Notes under the pieces: generated by a model
The model's input: the letters and a program-made list of their open reading frames with translations, nothing else
Told to the model about the DNA's origin: nothing
Databases searched by the model: none
From: Octopus vulgaris
Taxonomy: Eukaryota
Length of the DNA stretch: 64,000 nt
Assembly (NCBI GenBank): GCA_951406725.2
Contig: OX597833.1
Location: 71,858,001 to 71,922,000, forward strand
Reading direction: 5' to 3'
Part shown: piece after piece, positions 1 to 12,464 of the stretch
How positions within the stretch are numbered: position 1 is the stretch's first letter
Layout of the letters: each line of letters begins with the position of its first letter
Program-made: the position numbers and the translations under genes

Positions 1-39
1 CAGAGGTGGTTTCAGCCAGATTGGTATCAAAAGGGTTAA
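1..39 (+). mobile_element. 3' end of a piggyBac-type MITE (same family as 16851-17391), cut by the window edge
   Basis: ...gtttcagccagattggtatcaaaaggg followed by TTAA matches the right end of the MITE copies at 17041-17077 and 17366-17395. Confidence 0.55.
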
Positions 40-468
40 AATAGGAAGTTTGTATCACAGAACCAGTTGGGGTGGTCTCAGGTGGGTTGGCATCAAAACG
101 GTTTTTAAAAAACGGAACTCTGTATTGGAATATATACAGCCATAGAATTCTTATGTGTGAAAATAAGAGAGATGGTCATGATTGGAGCATTTTTGATCTT
201 AGATGAACTTGATCAGGGCTGACTTAGACTTCATTCTTTTCTTAGAAATATTTCTGTCAAAATATTCTGTCTTTACTTGTAATTCTTCTTGAAAATAACA
301 AAAAATTTACTAAAGGAATTTTATTGTTATTAAGAGAGTTTTTTATGCTTGGCACTTTGCAAACGTTTGATGAGTGTCCTTGAGTCATTTTGTAATTTCT
401 GCTAATTAAAAATGTAAGTGCTCTGCATTCTCTTTATCCTGTTTTTACTACCAGCAAACACTCACACT

Positions 469-500
<32 letters not shown>

Positions 501-864
501 TATACATTAAGAAAATGAAGGTAGTCAGGATTTGTAATAGCACTTGCAGTCTGCCTCTTACACCAAAAAACAACCGCAAGATGACAGCAGCGGTGGTCAC
601 CAGTCAAATTTCACACGTGTGTACCAAATAAATAGTTTTTATCCGGTGCCTGAGTGCTTTCTCTTTCTTGATATATAAAACTTGTACACCATTTCAGACA
701 ATCTGTTTATATGTGTGTGTGTGTGTATATATGTATGTGTGTGTGTATATATGTATGTGTGTGTGTGTATATAGATATATATATAATTATCATCTTGGTT
801 TAACCTCTGCCTTCCATGCTAGCATGGGTGGGACAGTTTCACAAGAGCTGAGCAGGATATATAT

Positions 865-1250
865 CTTTTACTCTTTTACTTGTTTCAGTCATTTGACTGC
901 GGCCATGCTGGAGCACCGCCTTTTAGTCAAGCAAATCGACCCCCAGGACTTATTCTTTGTAAGCCTAGTACTTATTCTATCGGTCTCTTTTGCCGAACCG
1001 TTAAGTTACAGGAATGTAAACACACCAGAGTCGGTTGTCAAGCGATGTTGGGGGGGGGAGGACAAACACACACACACATATATACACGATGGGCTTCTTT
1101 CAGTTTCCGTCTACCAAATCCACCCGCAAGGCTTTGGTCGGCCCGAGGCTATAGTAGAAGACACTTGCCCAAGGTGCCACGCAGTGGGACTGAACCTGGA
1201 ACCATGTGGTTGGCAAGCAAGCTACTTTACCACACAGCCACTCCTGCGGC
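865..1250 (-). mobile_element. tRNA-derived SINE, family A, near full length
   Basis: On the minus strand: head GCAGGAGTGGCTGTGTGG...GGTTCAGTCCCACTGCGTGGCACCTTGGGCAAGTG, internal (TA)/(TG) tract, tail ...CAGCATGGCCGCAGTCAAATGACTGAAACAAGTAAAAGA. About 10 related copies occur in the window. Confidence 0.85.
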
Positions 1251-1282
1251 TATATATATATATATATATATATAAATCTCTA

Positions 1283-1714
1283 ATTGTGGAGGGAACATGT
1301 GGAAGGAGTAGATCCTGAAAGATGTGAGACGAAGTGGGGGTAAAGGATCTTCGGATGCTGGACCTCGCTGAAGAAATGACAAGGGACCATGTGTTGTGGT
1401 GATTTGCTGGACTTGAGACGATGCATCAAGCTAATTAAAATCGTTTGCATTCATACCTGCAGGTTTGTTCGTTACAGGTGCCATGTAAAATGCACTTGTA
1501 CCAGTGCCATGGCAACATACCTGTGCTGGTGGCACATTAAAGGCACCCCTCACACTCTGTAAAGAAGATGGCCTTAGGAAGGGCAAAATGCAAAGGCTGT
1601 AGAAACCAAGCCAAAACACATTCGGTGTCTGGACAGCTTCCTGGCTGACCGGCTCCCGTAAAGCTGCCCAATCCATGCTAGCATGGAAAGCAGATGTTAA
1701 ATGATGATGATGAT
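1283..1714 (+). mobile_element. Decayed RTE-clade LINE 3' end with 3' UTR and (GAT)n tail
   Basis: The broken frame VEGTCGRSRS*KM*DEVGVKDLRMLDLAEEMTRDHVLW resembles an RTE ORF C-terminus (GRGRP..W....D..W). It continues into the repeat-family-B tail ending ttaaatgatgatgatg. Confidence 0.65.
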
Positions 1715-2176
1715 TTATATATATATCATCATCAATGTCATCATCATCATCATCATCAATTTAACAGCCAGTTTCCTTGTTTGCATTGGTCAGATGGAAT
1801 TTGTTGTAGAGGTTTGTTTTTATGACTGGAAGCCCTTCCTGTTGCTAACCCTCACATATATCCAAATAAGGTAATATTTCGCCATGGCCAGACATGTTTT
1901 CATGGAAGATTGGGAATAAAGGACACTGCCTGCATGGCATTGGCAGCTTGTTCTCAACTGTCATCCCATGACGTGAAGGCAAGGACACACACACACACAC
2001 ACACATTTATGTAAATTACATATATATATATGATGGGTTTCTTTCAATGCACAAGACTTTGGTTGGACTTTGATTACAGTGGAAGACACTTGCCCAAGGT
2101 GCTATGCATTAGGATTGAACTTAGAACCATGTGGTTGGGAAGCAAAACTTTATATCACAAAGTCACACCTGCCCTT

Positions 2177-2407
2177 CATCATCATCATCATCATCGTTTA
2201 ACGTCCGCTTTCCATGCTAGCATGGGTTGGACGGTTCAACTGGGGTCTGGCAAGCCAGAAGGCTGCACCAGGCCAGTCAGATCTGGCAGTGTTTCTACAG
2301 CTGGATGCCCTTCCTAACGCCAACCACTCCGAGAGTGTAGAGGGTGATTTTATGTGCCACCGACACACATAAAATCACCCTCTACACTCTCGGAGTGGTT
2401 GGCGTTA
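2177..2407 (-). mobile_element. Repeat family B tail copy (RTE 3' UTR-like) ending in a foldback duplication
   Basis: (CAT)n + cgtttaacgtccgctttccatgctagcatgggttggacgg..., nearly the same as 57030-57230 and the reverse complement of 58920-59068. Confidence 0.75.
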
Positions 2408-2461
2408 TATTATAGAAAAGCATGTAAAATTGGATGTTAAACAATGATAATGATAGTTGTA

Positions 2462-2519
<58 letters not shown>

Positions 2520-2929
2520 TACTAAGGTCAGTCAGTGGGTGTGAAGTTGGGGTATTCCCAGAGAAGCATTCAACATGAATCCTGGTCTATCAACACTGTT
2601 GGGATCCAAGCCAAGGGGCCGGAATACTTCTGGTGTAGAAAATCCAAGTGTCACGACGTTTGTTCCGTCATAGAGGTTTGGCAAAGAGTAAATAATTCAG
2701 TTAAAAGAAGAAGACAAAGAGAATTCTTTAACGCATTCTTTAATTACAAATTACAAATGTTTCTGTACTAATGGAGATGGTCTGTTGCAAATGGTGTTGG
2801 TACGGAAACATAGGTAACTTGTAATTAAAGGTGTGGTTAAGGAATTTTCTTTGTCTTCTTTTCATTGGTGTATGTGTGTGTGTGTGTGTGTGTGTGTATT
2901 TATGGAAAGCTCTTTATGAACCAGGGACC

Positions 2930-3237
2930 ACTCTCAGCATTTTTAGCTGAATGAATCAACCCCTGGACTTATTTTTTAAAGCCTGGCTCTTATTCTGTTG
3001 GTCACTTTTGCTATACCACTGTGTTACAGGGATGTAAACACACCAACAGCAGTTGTCAAATGGTAGTGGAGGGGACACAGCCCCCCCTCCCCCATACGAC
3101 TGGCTTCTTTCAGTTTCCGTCTACCGAGTCCACTCACAAGGCTTTGGTCAGCCTGAGGCTGTAGTAGCAGGCACTTGCCCAAGGTGCCATGCAGTGGGAC
3201 TGAACCTGCAACCATGTCGTTGGGAAGCAAGCTTCTT
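2930..3237 (-). mobile_element. SINE family A, degenerate copy
   Basis: Shares cttctttcagtttccgtctacc...cacttgcccaaggtgccatgcagtgggactgaacc with the other copies. Confidence 0.75.
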
Positions 3238-3249
3238 GTTAGTTAAAAA

Positions 3250-3600
3250 TCAGGTAAAATTGTCGACAGCGGTGACGGTTTTCTAAATATAGAGTCAGAA
3301 ATTTTAATTTGAATAAGCAAGAAGAAATATAAAGACTGATGTTGTTGGTGGCTGACAACCGAAATCCTGGGAAATCTATAAATAGATAGAGGGAGAAAGA
3401 ATTCAGTTAAAAGAAGAAGGGTTATACGGGGTGGGCGAAATAGGGGTGGAGGCAGGTAGTTTCCAATCAAACTACAACATTATAAACGTGTTTGTTACGC
3501 GTGTGTAATGTCTGAAGCTCTCGGCTCTGGTGTCTCTTACGTAACTTTCGGCCAAATAAAAAGTGTCTGTGTTTGTTTACTGTCGTGTAAAAAAGCATGA
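3250..3600 (+). promoter_or_regulatory. Candidate promoter region of CCDC102A-like gene
   Basis: Local CpG enrichment, GC-box-like GGGTGGGCG, CCAAT near 3463 and an AACTACAA motif, all upstream of the gene. The TSS cannot be determined from sequence. Confidence 0.3.
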
Positions 3601-3613
3601 CTTAGCAATTCGC

Positions 3614-3675
<62 letters not shown>

Positions 3676-4299
3676 GGTGTATACGTATCTACCTCTCTCT
3701 CCCACGCACGCACAGACCTTTGTCAGTATTGTTATCCTGGTGTTTTAATGTAAAATCAACAAGAAATTTCGATAGAAAATTTAAATTCAGATCCCTTTAA
3801 AACAAACATCATAGAACCAGTTTGGTCTTAGGCAGGGAGTGGGGGATCTGTAGGGTTAAGATGGTGTGGTGGGATTTGCAGGAAGTTTGGCTGCTATTTC
3901 TAGCAAGTTGAGCACCCTCGAAGGGAGTCCTTTATTGTCTTTATTTTCTTCCTTCTGTTTATAATTTATGATCGACCAATTAAAGTTTAATTAATCTAAT
4001 CTATTGCTACTTTCGGTTATTAGATTGTAGTCCAACATTAAAGTCGCTAATTATTATATTTTTTTAATTAGGAAGATGACTGATATATTCTGTTCCTCAA
4101 AGTTATGGGGAACAATCTTTGTATTTTCACTTGTTGGTGATATTGTTATTTAACCCTAGGCAAGGTTTGAGTGAGCAGAACTATGATCAGAGTGCTGTGT
4201 GATGTAGAAGAAAAATGCAGCTACTATTTCTAGCAGGTAGAAGTTGCCTCATTGGCGCGTGTGTGTGTGTGTGTGATTTCTTTTTGTTGTCGGAGGTTT

Positions 4300-4441
4300 A
4301 TGAGTCAGCAACGTCGTCGGTTCGATGTCGAAACCATCCTCCCTGCCTCCCTCGCTCCCTCCTCACGCTTGAAGAGAACAACTGATTCCATGACAAGACT
4401 ACATTAGCTTCGGCTTTGGCTAATTCCTCAAGAATGCTTCA
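4300..4441 (+). other. CCDC102A: Candidate 5' UTR exon of CCDC102A-like (start approximate)
   Basis: CpG-containing unique sequence ending in donor A|GTAAGC at 4441/4442. The next strong acceptor (polypyrimidine tract + TAG) ends at 5272. Confidence 0.4.
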
Positions 4442-4459
4442 GTAAGCAAGAAGCTGTAT

Positions 4460-4520
4460 ACACTCACACATACACACATGCATGCATACACACACGTGTG
4501 TGTGTGTATGCATGTGTATG

Positions 4521-4553
<33 letters not shown>

Positions 4554-4630
4554 ACGCACGCGCACACACACATACATACACACACACACATATATATATA
4601 TGCATATGTGTGTGTATATACATATTTATG

Positions 4631-4665
<35 letters not shown>

Positions 4666-5014
4666 ATATACATATAATTTTAACATATGTGTGTACTATT
4701 CTTTCTTGTGTGTGTGTGTGTATATATCTATATTATACATATATATGTGTGTGTGTATATGTATGTATATATATATATATATATATATACGTCTATATGT
4801 GTGTATATATATGTCTATATGTATACATATATATACGTGTGTGTGTATATGTGTGTATATATATATGTCTATATGTATACATATATATACGTGTGTGTGT
4901 GTATATGTATATATATATATATATCTGCATGTGTATATATGTGTGTGTGTGTGCATATATGTATGTATATGTGTATATGTGTGTGTATGTATGTGTATAT
5001 ATATATATATATAT
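4460..5014. repeat. Compound (TA)n/(TG)n/(CA)n microsatellite
   Basis: Direct inspection. It generates the YIYI/CVCV ORFs in the track. Confidence 0.95.
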
Positions 5015-5415
5015 TCCACACAACCACTACCCCTTTCATACCGCCCCCCATTGTAGAAGAGTCTTTTTCTTCTTTCGTTTGGACTCTCTTGTTGCTGTTG
5101 TTGTTGTTGTTGTCTGCTAGTTTTGTTGTGATGGGTAAATTTGATCCCAGAGAGCCATTTCGTTTTGACCAAAACCAGACTCATTTCTGGCACCCGCCCC
5201 CCCCCCACACACACACACTTTTGTCTAAAAGATTTCTATAGTTGTTTTGTTTCTTTCTTTTGTCTCTTTTAGATTCCATGTGCCATTTGATGCAGTTTGA
5301 CCAAGAACCATTTCCTTCAATCCGTTTGTGGAATGCCAGAATTGCATGTAGACGTCTTTCATTACCGCTGCCATTTATCATTCAATTTCGGCGTCGCTGA
5401 ACTGGCACCTTCCCA

Positions 5416-6260
5416 ATGAGCCAAAGGTCATCTAGCTGTGCAGCTCATAAAATATCATCATCATCATCATCAGGCGGAGGAGATGTAGCCAATATTCGGG
5501 CCACGCCTTCCATACCAATGTCTCCCACATCTGGCCGAGAACGGATGAGCTCTGCTAGTAGCACACCCTTATCTTTTACACAGATGGCAGAATATGAATG
5601 GTTGGAGCGAGAAGAACTGCACATGAGGGAGCTGGAAGAGGCACGCTCTCGCACGGCGCAGATGGAGAAAACAATGCGCTGGTGGTCAGACTGCACGGCC
5701 AACTGGCGCGAGAAGTGGAGCAAAGTGCGCAATGAACGTAATAAGGCTCTGGAGGAGAATCGGACTTTACGTAATAAAATGGACAGCTTCGTCAAGGAAT
5801 CAGCAGATTTGAAACGAGACAAGCAAGAACTCCTGAGTGAAATTGAGGAACTGAAGAAACGGGTTGAGTACTGCAAAGGTGCTGGGTCGAGTGACATCGA
5901 CCCTGGAATCCATGGTGTAAGTAGCAGCGTGGAGGGTGGCGGGTGTGAAGAGGGTGCAAAAAACACAAACACTACTAATAACAATAATAATAATAATAAC
6001 AATGATTCTGAGACTTCACGTTACGATGTGAAGAATCGAGAAGAATTAGCAGCTGCTACTGTCACCTGTAAGGTAAGTGAGACACCTGTAGAGAATCTGA
6101 TTGAGAAAAATGAACTCCATGTTGAATCTTCCAAAGCTAGTCCTTCCAAATGTCGACAAGAAGAGGCTTCAGAATCACACATCAGCAGAATTGAAGACAG
6201 GCTGTCGTTAGTAACCAAGAAATTGGATGAATCTCAGAAAACTCTTCACCTTCAATGCGA
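5416..6260 (+). CDS. CCDC102A: Coiled-coil domain-containing protein 102A-like, coding exon 1 of 7 (exon starts at about 5273)
   Basis: The motif [46 protein letters not shown] is the CCDC102 family signature. Donor GA|GTAAGT, phase 2. Confidence 0.93.
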
Positions 6261-6306
6261 GTAAGTATCATTGTTATAGGAATTGTTGTTATTGTATCTA
6301 TGTACC

Positions 6307-6347
<41 letters not shown>

Positions 6348-6604
6348 ACTTATGTATGTTACATACACACACACGTGTGTGTGTATGTGTGTGTTGCCTT
6401 TCACCACTGTATATCCGTGAAGATTGAGTCATTTGTGAGCAATGTCAAATCAAAAACGTGCTTCTTAGAGTGAAGTTCCTTGAATCATTCTACACCAACT
6501 TCCAGACACAGATACTTGTGTCACTGTTGCCATCAAAGATGTTCTCAACCAGTGATTGGTCCATTGGGAATCTGTTAACAACAATGCTAGATATATTTTA
6601 ATAT

Positions 6605-6996
6605 AGTGGCTGTGTGGTAAGTAGCTTGCTTACCAACCACGTGGTTCCGGGTTCAGTCCCACTGCGTGGCATCTTGGGCAAGTGTCTTCTGCTATAGCCT
6701 CGGGCCGACCAATGCCTTGTGAGTGGATTTGGTAGATGGAAACTGAAAGAAGCCTGTCGTATATATGTATATATATATATGTGTGTGTGTGTGTTTGTGT
6801 GTCTGTGTTTGTCCCCCTAGCATTGCTTGACAACCGATGCTGGTGTGTTTACGTCCCCGTCACTTAGCGGTTCGACAAAAGAGACCGATAGAATAAGTAC
6901 TGGGCTTACAAAAAGAATAAGTCCTGGGGTTGATTTGCTCGACTAAAGGCGGTGCTCCAGCATGGCCGCAGTCAAATGACTGAAACAAATAAAAGA
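6605..6996 (+). mobile_element. SINE family A, young copy, followed by a second partial tail at 7023-7162
   Basis: Head, internal microsatellite and tail are all present. Very similar to the copies at 12897-13257 and 54438-54830. Confidence 0.88.
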
Positions 6997-7904
6997 GAAA
7001 AAAAGAGAAATATATATAATCTCCCTGTAACTTAGTGGTTCAGTAAAAGAGACCAATAGAATTAGTAGTAGGCTTACAAAGAATAACTCCTGGGGTTGAT
7101 TTATTCGACTAAAGGCAGTGCTCCAGCATGGCTGCAGTCAAATGACTGAAACAAGTAAAAGAATATATATATATTATGTGATTGATCAGATTGTTGGATG
7201 TTGTTATACATCGCTGGTCACAATGCACTTTGCATCATTTTAGCTTTCACATGATGCCATGCCACTGCTGTCTGGGCAAGCAGACAGGCCACCCTTCCTC
7301 TGCAGATCATTGGAAGGAGACTATTTTGTGGCAGGGTGGCCCCATTTACGGCTGACTGAATTGTGGCAACGTGAAAGGAAGTGTTTTGGTGAAGAGCACA
7401 AATGTGCTGCTGCCCAGCCTGGCACTTGAACCTATGATCTAGCAACCATGAGTGCAACACCCTAACCACTTGGCTGCTTCCCAACCATGTTGTTTTGGGT
7501 TCGGTCCCATTGCATGGCACCTTCTTTTACAACCCTGGGTTAGCTCAAGTTCCCATTGTGTGTGGGTTAGGGTTAGGTTTAGGTTTGATGTCTCATGATG
7601 GTTATAAATGAGTATCATCATCATCATCATATTTCCAGTCTGGCCATGAGAAAATATGGCCTTGCTTGGAAACAGTCAAGGTTGGTGACTGGAAAGGCGT
7701 CCAGCTGTAGGAAATCTGCCTCAACAGATTCTGTTTGATGCAGTCATGGAAGAAAAGTGATATTATAAAGATGATGATAATGGTGATGATGATGATAATG
7801 GTGATGGTGTCTATCTGTATTGTTTTTCAAATTGTTTGTAAAGAAAGAAATCCTTCCTGTTTTTTTTTCCCTTCTAATTGCTGTTGCTTGTCTGATTCTT
7901 GCAG

Positions 7905-8013
7905 AGAAAATATCAGACTTACAAAAACAATTGAGAAACTTGAAGAAGAAATCTCGTCTCTAAAAATAAAATATGATGAACTGAAACTGTCCAAAGCAAG
8001 TGTGATTAACGAG
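7905..8013 (+). CDS. CCDC102A: CCDC102A-like coding exon 2
   Basis: TTGCAG acceptor, ENIRLTKTIEKLEEEISSLKIKYDELKLSKASVINE, donor GAG|GTTTGT. Phases 2 to 0 fit the neighbouring exons. Confidence 0.85.
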
Positions 8014-8574
8014 GTTTGTTCTGTTTTGTTTAATTAACATCATTTAATTAACACTGGATTGCATTTTGAATTTAGATTTGAATGTTTTGTTGATTTTTAA
8101 CCCCTGATTGAGTAGACCTGTGACAATCAAAGGTATTCCAATCAGAACCATTTTGTATGTTTTATAGGCACAGTGTATCTAAGACTACACGACTGAATGT
8201 GATCAAATAAACCTATAGTTAAGACTGTCTTGTTAACGAGCACCCAGGGGTGACATCGTTCACTCTGTCTTGTTGTTGAGTAACCCTAGCTCAGGCCTGG
8301 TCATGATGAACTATGCTAAAAGACATTCCAGCCTTGACTATCCCATCTTTTTAAACATCTAGAGCTTTGCAGCCATGGGATTTCATGTCTCATTTCATTG
8401 CCCACCATTTTGGGGGCAAGTGTCTGGTACCACAGCTTCAAACTATGGAAACTGTACAGATGCTTGTGTGTGTGTGTGTGTGTGTCCTTCAGTGAAAGAT
8501 GCATACATTATTGAGAAAAGCCAATAAAGTCGGGTATTTTAACAAAAACGCCCTGCAATACCTATTCCACCCCT

Positions 8575-8735
8575 GGGTGAAATGCTTAGCGGCATTTTGT
8601 CTGTCTTTACTTCCTGAATTCAAATTCTGCTGAGGTGACTTTGCCTTTCATCCTTTCGGGGTCGATAAATTAAGTACCAGTTTCATACTGGGGTTGCTCT
8701 AATTTTGGGCCTTGTGCCTAGAGTAGAAAAGAATA
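8575..8735 (+). mobile_element. SINE family C fragment
   Basis: Core ttcaaattctgctgaggt..actttgcctttcatcctttcggggtcgataaattaagtaccag recurs at 13380, 16045, 16300, 27375, 31910, 33940 and 34470. Confidence 0.75.
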
Positions 8736-9431
8736 TTTATTCCACCCAAGCCACACAAGACCCTTTTCTGTCACTCTCACTTTTATCAATGCCATGTTAC
8801 CTGGGATTGGCCCCTTACAAACCCACAACTAACAACACCAGCTTTCGTTCCCAAAATGCTGACGTAAAATGACCCCCATGCCAGCATGGGAGGCAGGCGT
8901 TAAGCAATGATGAAAACGCGTGAACTTTGGTAAGAAATACCATTTTTAATTACGTAGATCAATTAACAACTGCTGCATATAGATATTAATTATATTAATT
9001 AGTAAGATGCAAAACAATTAGTGATTATTTATAATGTCGAATGTCACCAGATGCTGCTGTGAAATAGTGACAAACATTTCCCTCAGTGAACCAATCTTCC
9101 ATTCTTTTTGGTGATGTCTTTGAGAAACAATATCACACGCTTGGCTGACATTTCCTTTTGTTTTGTTCTGCAACAAATAGTTCTGTCTGAAATGTTAGAC
9201 ATTCATTTGAGTGTATAAGATGTTCAATGTGCAACCAGATGGTTCCAGGTTCAATTCCATTGCGTGGAAGGGTCTTCTTATTCTTCTACTATACACTCAG
9301 ATTGCCCCAAAACGTCTTAATAGAGGTTTTTCTCTAAATTATATACATATATTATATTTTGTGAAATTTGATTTAGAATTGCTAAATTGAATTTTTCCCT
9401 GTTAGTTTGGAATTATATTCCCTACTATTAT

Positions 9432-9687
9432 TATACACACACACACATATAAATGTCTATGTATACATATTTATATATATGCATACATATATATGTATAT
9501 ATATGCATACATATATATGTATGTATATATATGCATACATATATATGTATATATATATATGCATACATATATATGTATATATATATATATATGCATACAT
9601 ATATATGTATATATATATATATGCAAACATATATATGTATATATATATATACATACATGTATATGTATATACACACACATATATATT
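9432..9687. repeat. (TA)-based minisatellite, unit about GCATACATATATATGTATATATAT
   Basis: Direct tandem repetition. Confidence 0.9.
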
Positions 9688-11544
9688 TTAATAATATGTA
9701 TTACTACAATAATCATTGACATATCATAAAGAGTTTCTCATTATGTGATAGTGATTAACCAGTGGAATTTTTTGGATTATACAACCCCTAATGCGGATCT
9801 AACGTCCTCGAATTGACCACACACACACATAAGCATATACCCAAATTTGTTGACAAATATACATGTGCCTGTTTTTTGTTTTTTTTTATCTGCCTTATGG
9901 ATTCTTAGATAACTGGACATAGTTTAGAAAGCCATGGACACATCATACATTTTATTTTTCTCACTTGGAGCTCTTCTCTTTCATTAATAATATTTTTCTA
10001 AAAAGCATGACTTCAACAAAATCCCCTTTTCTGCTCCACCCCCTGCTAATCTTTGAACCTAACACAGTTTTATGAATTTGGATCTGAGCGCATGAATTTG
10101 CATGGGAATATAATTATTTGGTTGAATTCTCTGCTGCATGGCTAATATTTTCGTTTTGGTGGTTTACTCACAGAAGAAAGGGCAGAGCTGGGGACCCTTT
10201 TTGGGGTTCCCAAGATTCATGAAAGGAAAAGAGAAAGCTGTTCTCAGATCAGGGGCCAGGCACTTTGTTTACAGCAGAGTGGACATTGCTGAAATAGCAG
10301 GGACATAAACAGACAAACACTGGTTGCCAAGTAATGGAGGGGGACAAACACACACACACACACACACACACATGTATAGGATGGGCTTTCAGTTTCTCTC
10401 TGCTAAATCCACTCATTAGGTTTTGGTTGGTCCAGGGCTATAGAAGACACTTGTTCCAGGTGCCACACAGTGAGACTGAACCCTGAACCCTGTACATGGG
10501 AAGCAGACTACTTACCACACAGCCAACCCTGCACCTATTTTTATATTTAAAATTTTTTTATATATAATTGTTGCAGGCATCCTCCTCTTTTAAGACAGGT
10601 GTGATCTGAGGCAGATTTGGGCACTATTTCTAGTAGACCAATAAATTAAATATCAGACAAAGTATTTGGGATGAATTAGTAATTAACGAAGAGAGTCTGA
10701 ACTAAAATGAAGTCCCTATGTAGTCGTGCGATCTGCTAGAAATAGCAGTGAAATCATCTCTCTCTAGTCTTCAAAAAAGAAACGATCTACATTAATATAA
10801 CAGTTCTGGATATGCCACTGTTCTGTTAGTAAACAAGATAGGGTGGCCACGTCTGGAATGTGTGTTGATGGTCGGTTTTCTTGATTAGAATTGGCCTGGG
10901 GCTAAACAACAACAACAATGTGTCATCTCCCTTGTGGGTTCATAATTTATTTGTTTTTAATTACAAATTGTTGTGCAGAATATACACACACGTGACTCTA
11001 TATTTCCCCTCTGTGTATATAATATATATATATGCTATTATGAGCCAACAAAGAAACCTCTATATGGTCCGTTGCTCTGCTAGAAATAGCAGTCAAATCT
11101 CTCTCTCAGATCACACTGTACTCTTAAAAACAAATGTGTACATTGTAAGATAATGCAGTCCTAAAAATAAGACTCACTGTCATGGATGGAATGCTTTTCG
11201 TCATAGATACGCTTGACCTGAGATTAAACAAAAGTGGTTCTCTCTCTCTCTCTCCTTCCCCTCCCCCTCTCTCTCACACACACACTCCCCCCTCTCTTTC
11301 TCACACACACATTTTTTTTTTCTTTTAGTGATATCAGACTTCATGGCTTGTAGTCGTGTTCCGTCAAAGGTTTTCTGGCCATAATTTTATTAATCTTTAT
11401 TTTTAAAGTGTCTAAGTCCACCTTGACATAAAGAGACATCTGAAATCCCTCACCCATCCAGGTGTGTAGGACATTTACATAAAACCTGCCAAATTAGTTT
11501 CCGTGGTTCTGTTGCTGTTTCCTAAGCAGTCTCTTGAAAGCACA

Positions 11545-11858
11545 TGTGGCCCAGTGGTTAGGGGCATTCGGCTCATGATTGGAAGGTTGTGAGTTCGATT
11601 CCCAGTGGCACCTTGTGTCCTCGAGCAAGACATTTTACGTTGCTACACTCCACTCAACTAGCAAAAAAAATGAGTTTCACCTGTATCTGAAAGGGCCACT
11701 CTTGTCCCATTCTGTGTCATGCTGAATCTCCCTGAGAACTACGTTAAGGAGTATGCATGTCTGTGGGGTACCCAGCCACTTGCACATTAGTTTCATGAGC
11801 AGGTTGTCCTGTTGATGGGATCAGCTGGAAACCTTGTTGTCGTAAGCGATGGAGTGCC
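11545..11858 (+). mobile_element. tRNA-headed CORE-like SINE, family D
   Basis: A box TGGCCCAGTGG, B box GAGTTCGATTCCC, CORE-like TGTGTCCTCGAGCAAGACA. Related copies at 45590-45845 (+), 20085-20270 (-) and 58295-58578 (-). Confidence 0.7.
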
Positions 11859-12347
11859 GGTCCCTTCTTTTGCTCAAGCTCAATACCTGGGTTTCATTGA
11901 AACAAAGAAACCCCACATCTCATGAGATTCATATCAGATGGAGAATCACACACAAAACCCAAAGGGCTGCAGCAGACACTCAACCAATTGCACCAATTTA
12001 CAGGGCCAGCAACCATATACAGGCTCTTTCATTGGTTTGATGTTATTATTGTTTAGACACGGGTCAGCTTTGACCATCTGCTTATTTTTCTTTCAGGCAC
12101 AATATATCTAAGACTACATTATCCAATGTGTCTTCTTATTTTTAAACAGTAGGGTGAGATATGAGGGTGCTTTGGCTGCTATTTTTAGCAGATCAAGTAA
12201 CTAAGTCAAAGCGTCCTCCTTCACTGGACAAAATATTGATGTCCTTTCGAAGAAATGATTATTTCTGGAGATATTTATTTTTTGCTGTATTTTTTTTGTT
12301 GTAGACCCTCTTTTCACTCTCCTTGCTCCCCCCCTCCCATTTTCTAG

Positions 12348-12464
12348 ATGGAACGTTTGCAAGCAGAACACAAAGAAGAACTTTCTAGAATATATTTAGA
12401 ACTAGAAGATGAGCAAGAAAATCATTTGGCTGTTGACAAACGAATGGCTGATTTGAGGAAAGAG
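12348..12464 (+). CDS. CCDC102A: CCDC102A-like coding exon 3
   Basis: TTCTAG acceptor, MERLQAEHKEELSRIYLELEDEQENHLAVDKRMADLRKE, donor GAG|GTGAGG, phase 0-0. Confidence 0.88.

Noticed and set aside
668-1318. 216-aa ORF and similar ORFs containing IYDGLLSVSVYQIHSQG...EDTCPRCHAVG (also at 3053, 6630, 13066, 50260, 54429)
   Set aside because: These are antisense translations of SINE family A plus microsatellite, not genes.
4420-5241. Multiple long YIYI/CVCV/HTHT ORFs (also at 9407-9729, 22398-22816, 43332-43623)
   Set aside because: They are stop-free frames of dinucleotide microsatellites.
5976-6003. Poly-Asn tracts in both genes (also at about 44466-44486)
   Set aside because: These are coding trinucleotide microsatellites in low-complexity linkers, expected in such a microsatellite-rich genome.
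5445-6218. Minus-strand ORFs over CCDC102A exon 1, and plus-strand ORFs at 38079-39765 over CEP152
   Set aside because: They are antisense shadows of real coiled-coil coding sequence.
7563-7586. TTAGGG-like repeats (also at about 21020 and 55432)
   Set aside because: Only 2-4 degenerate units each, too short to call an interstitial telomere.
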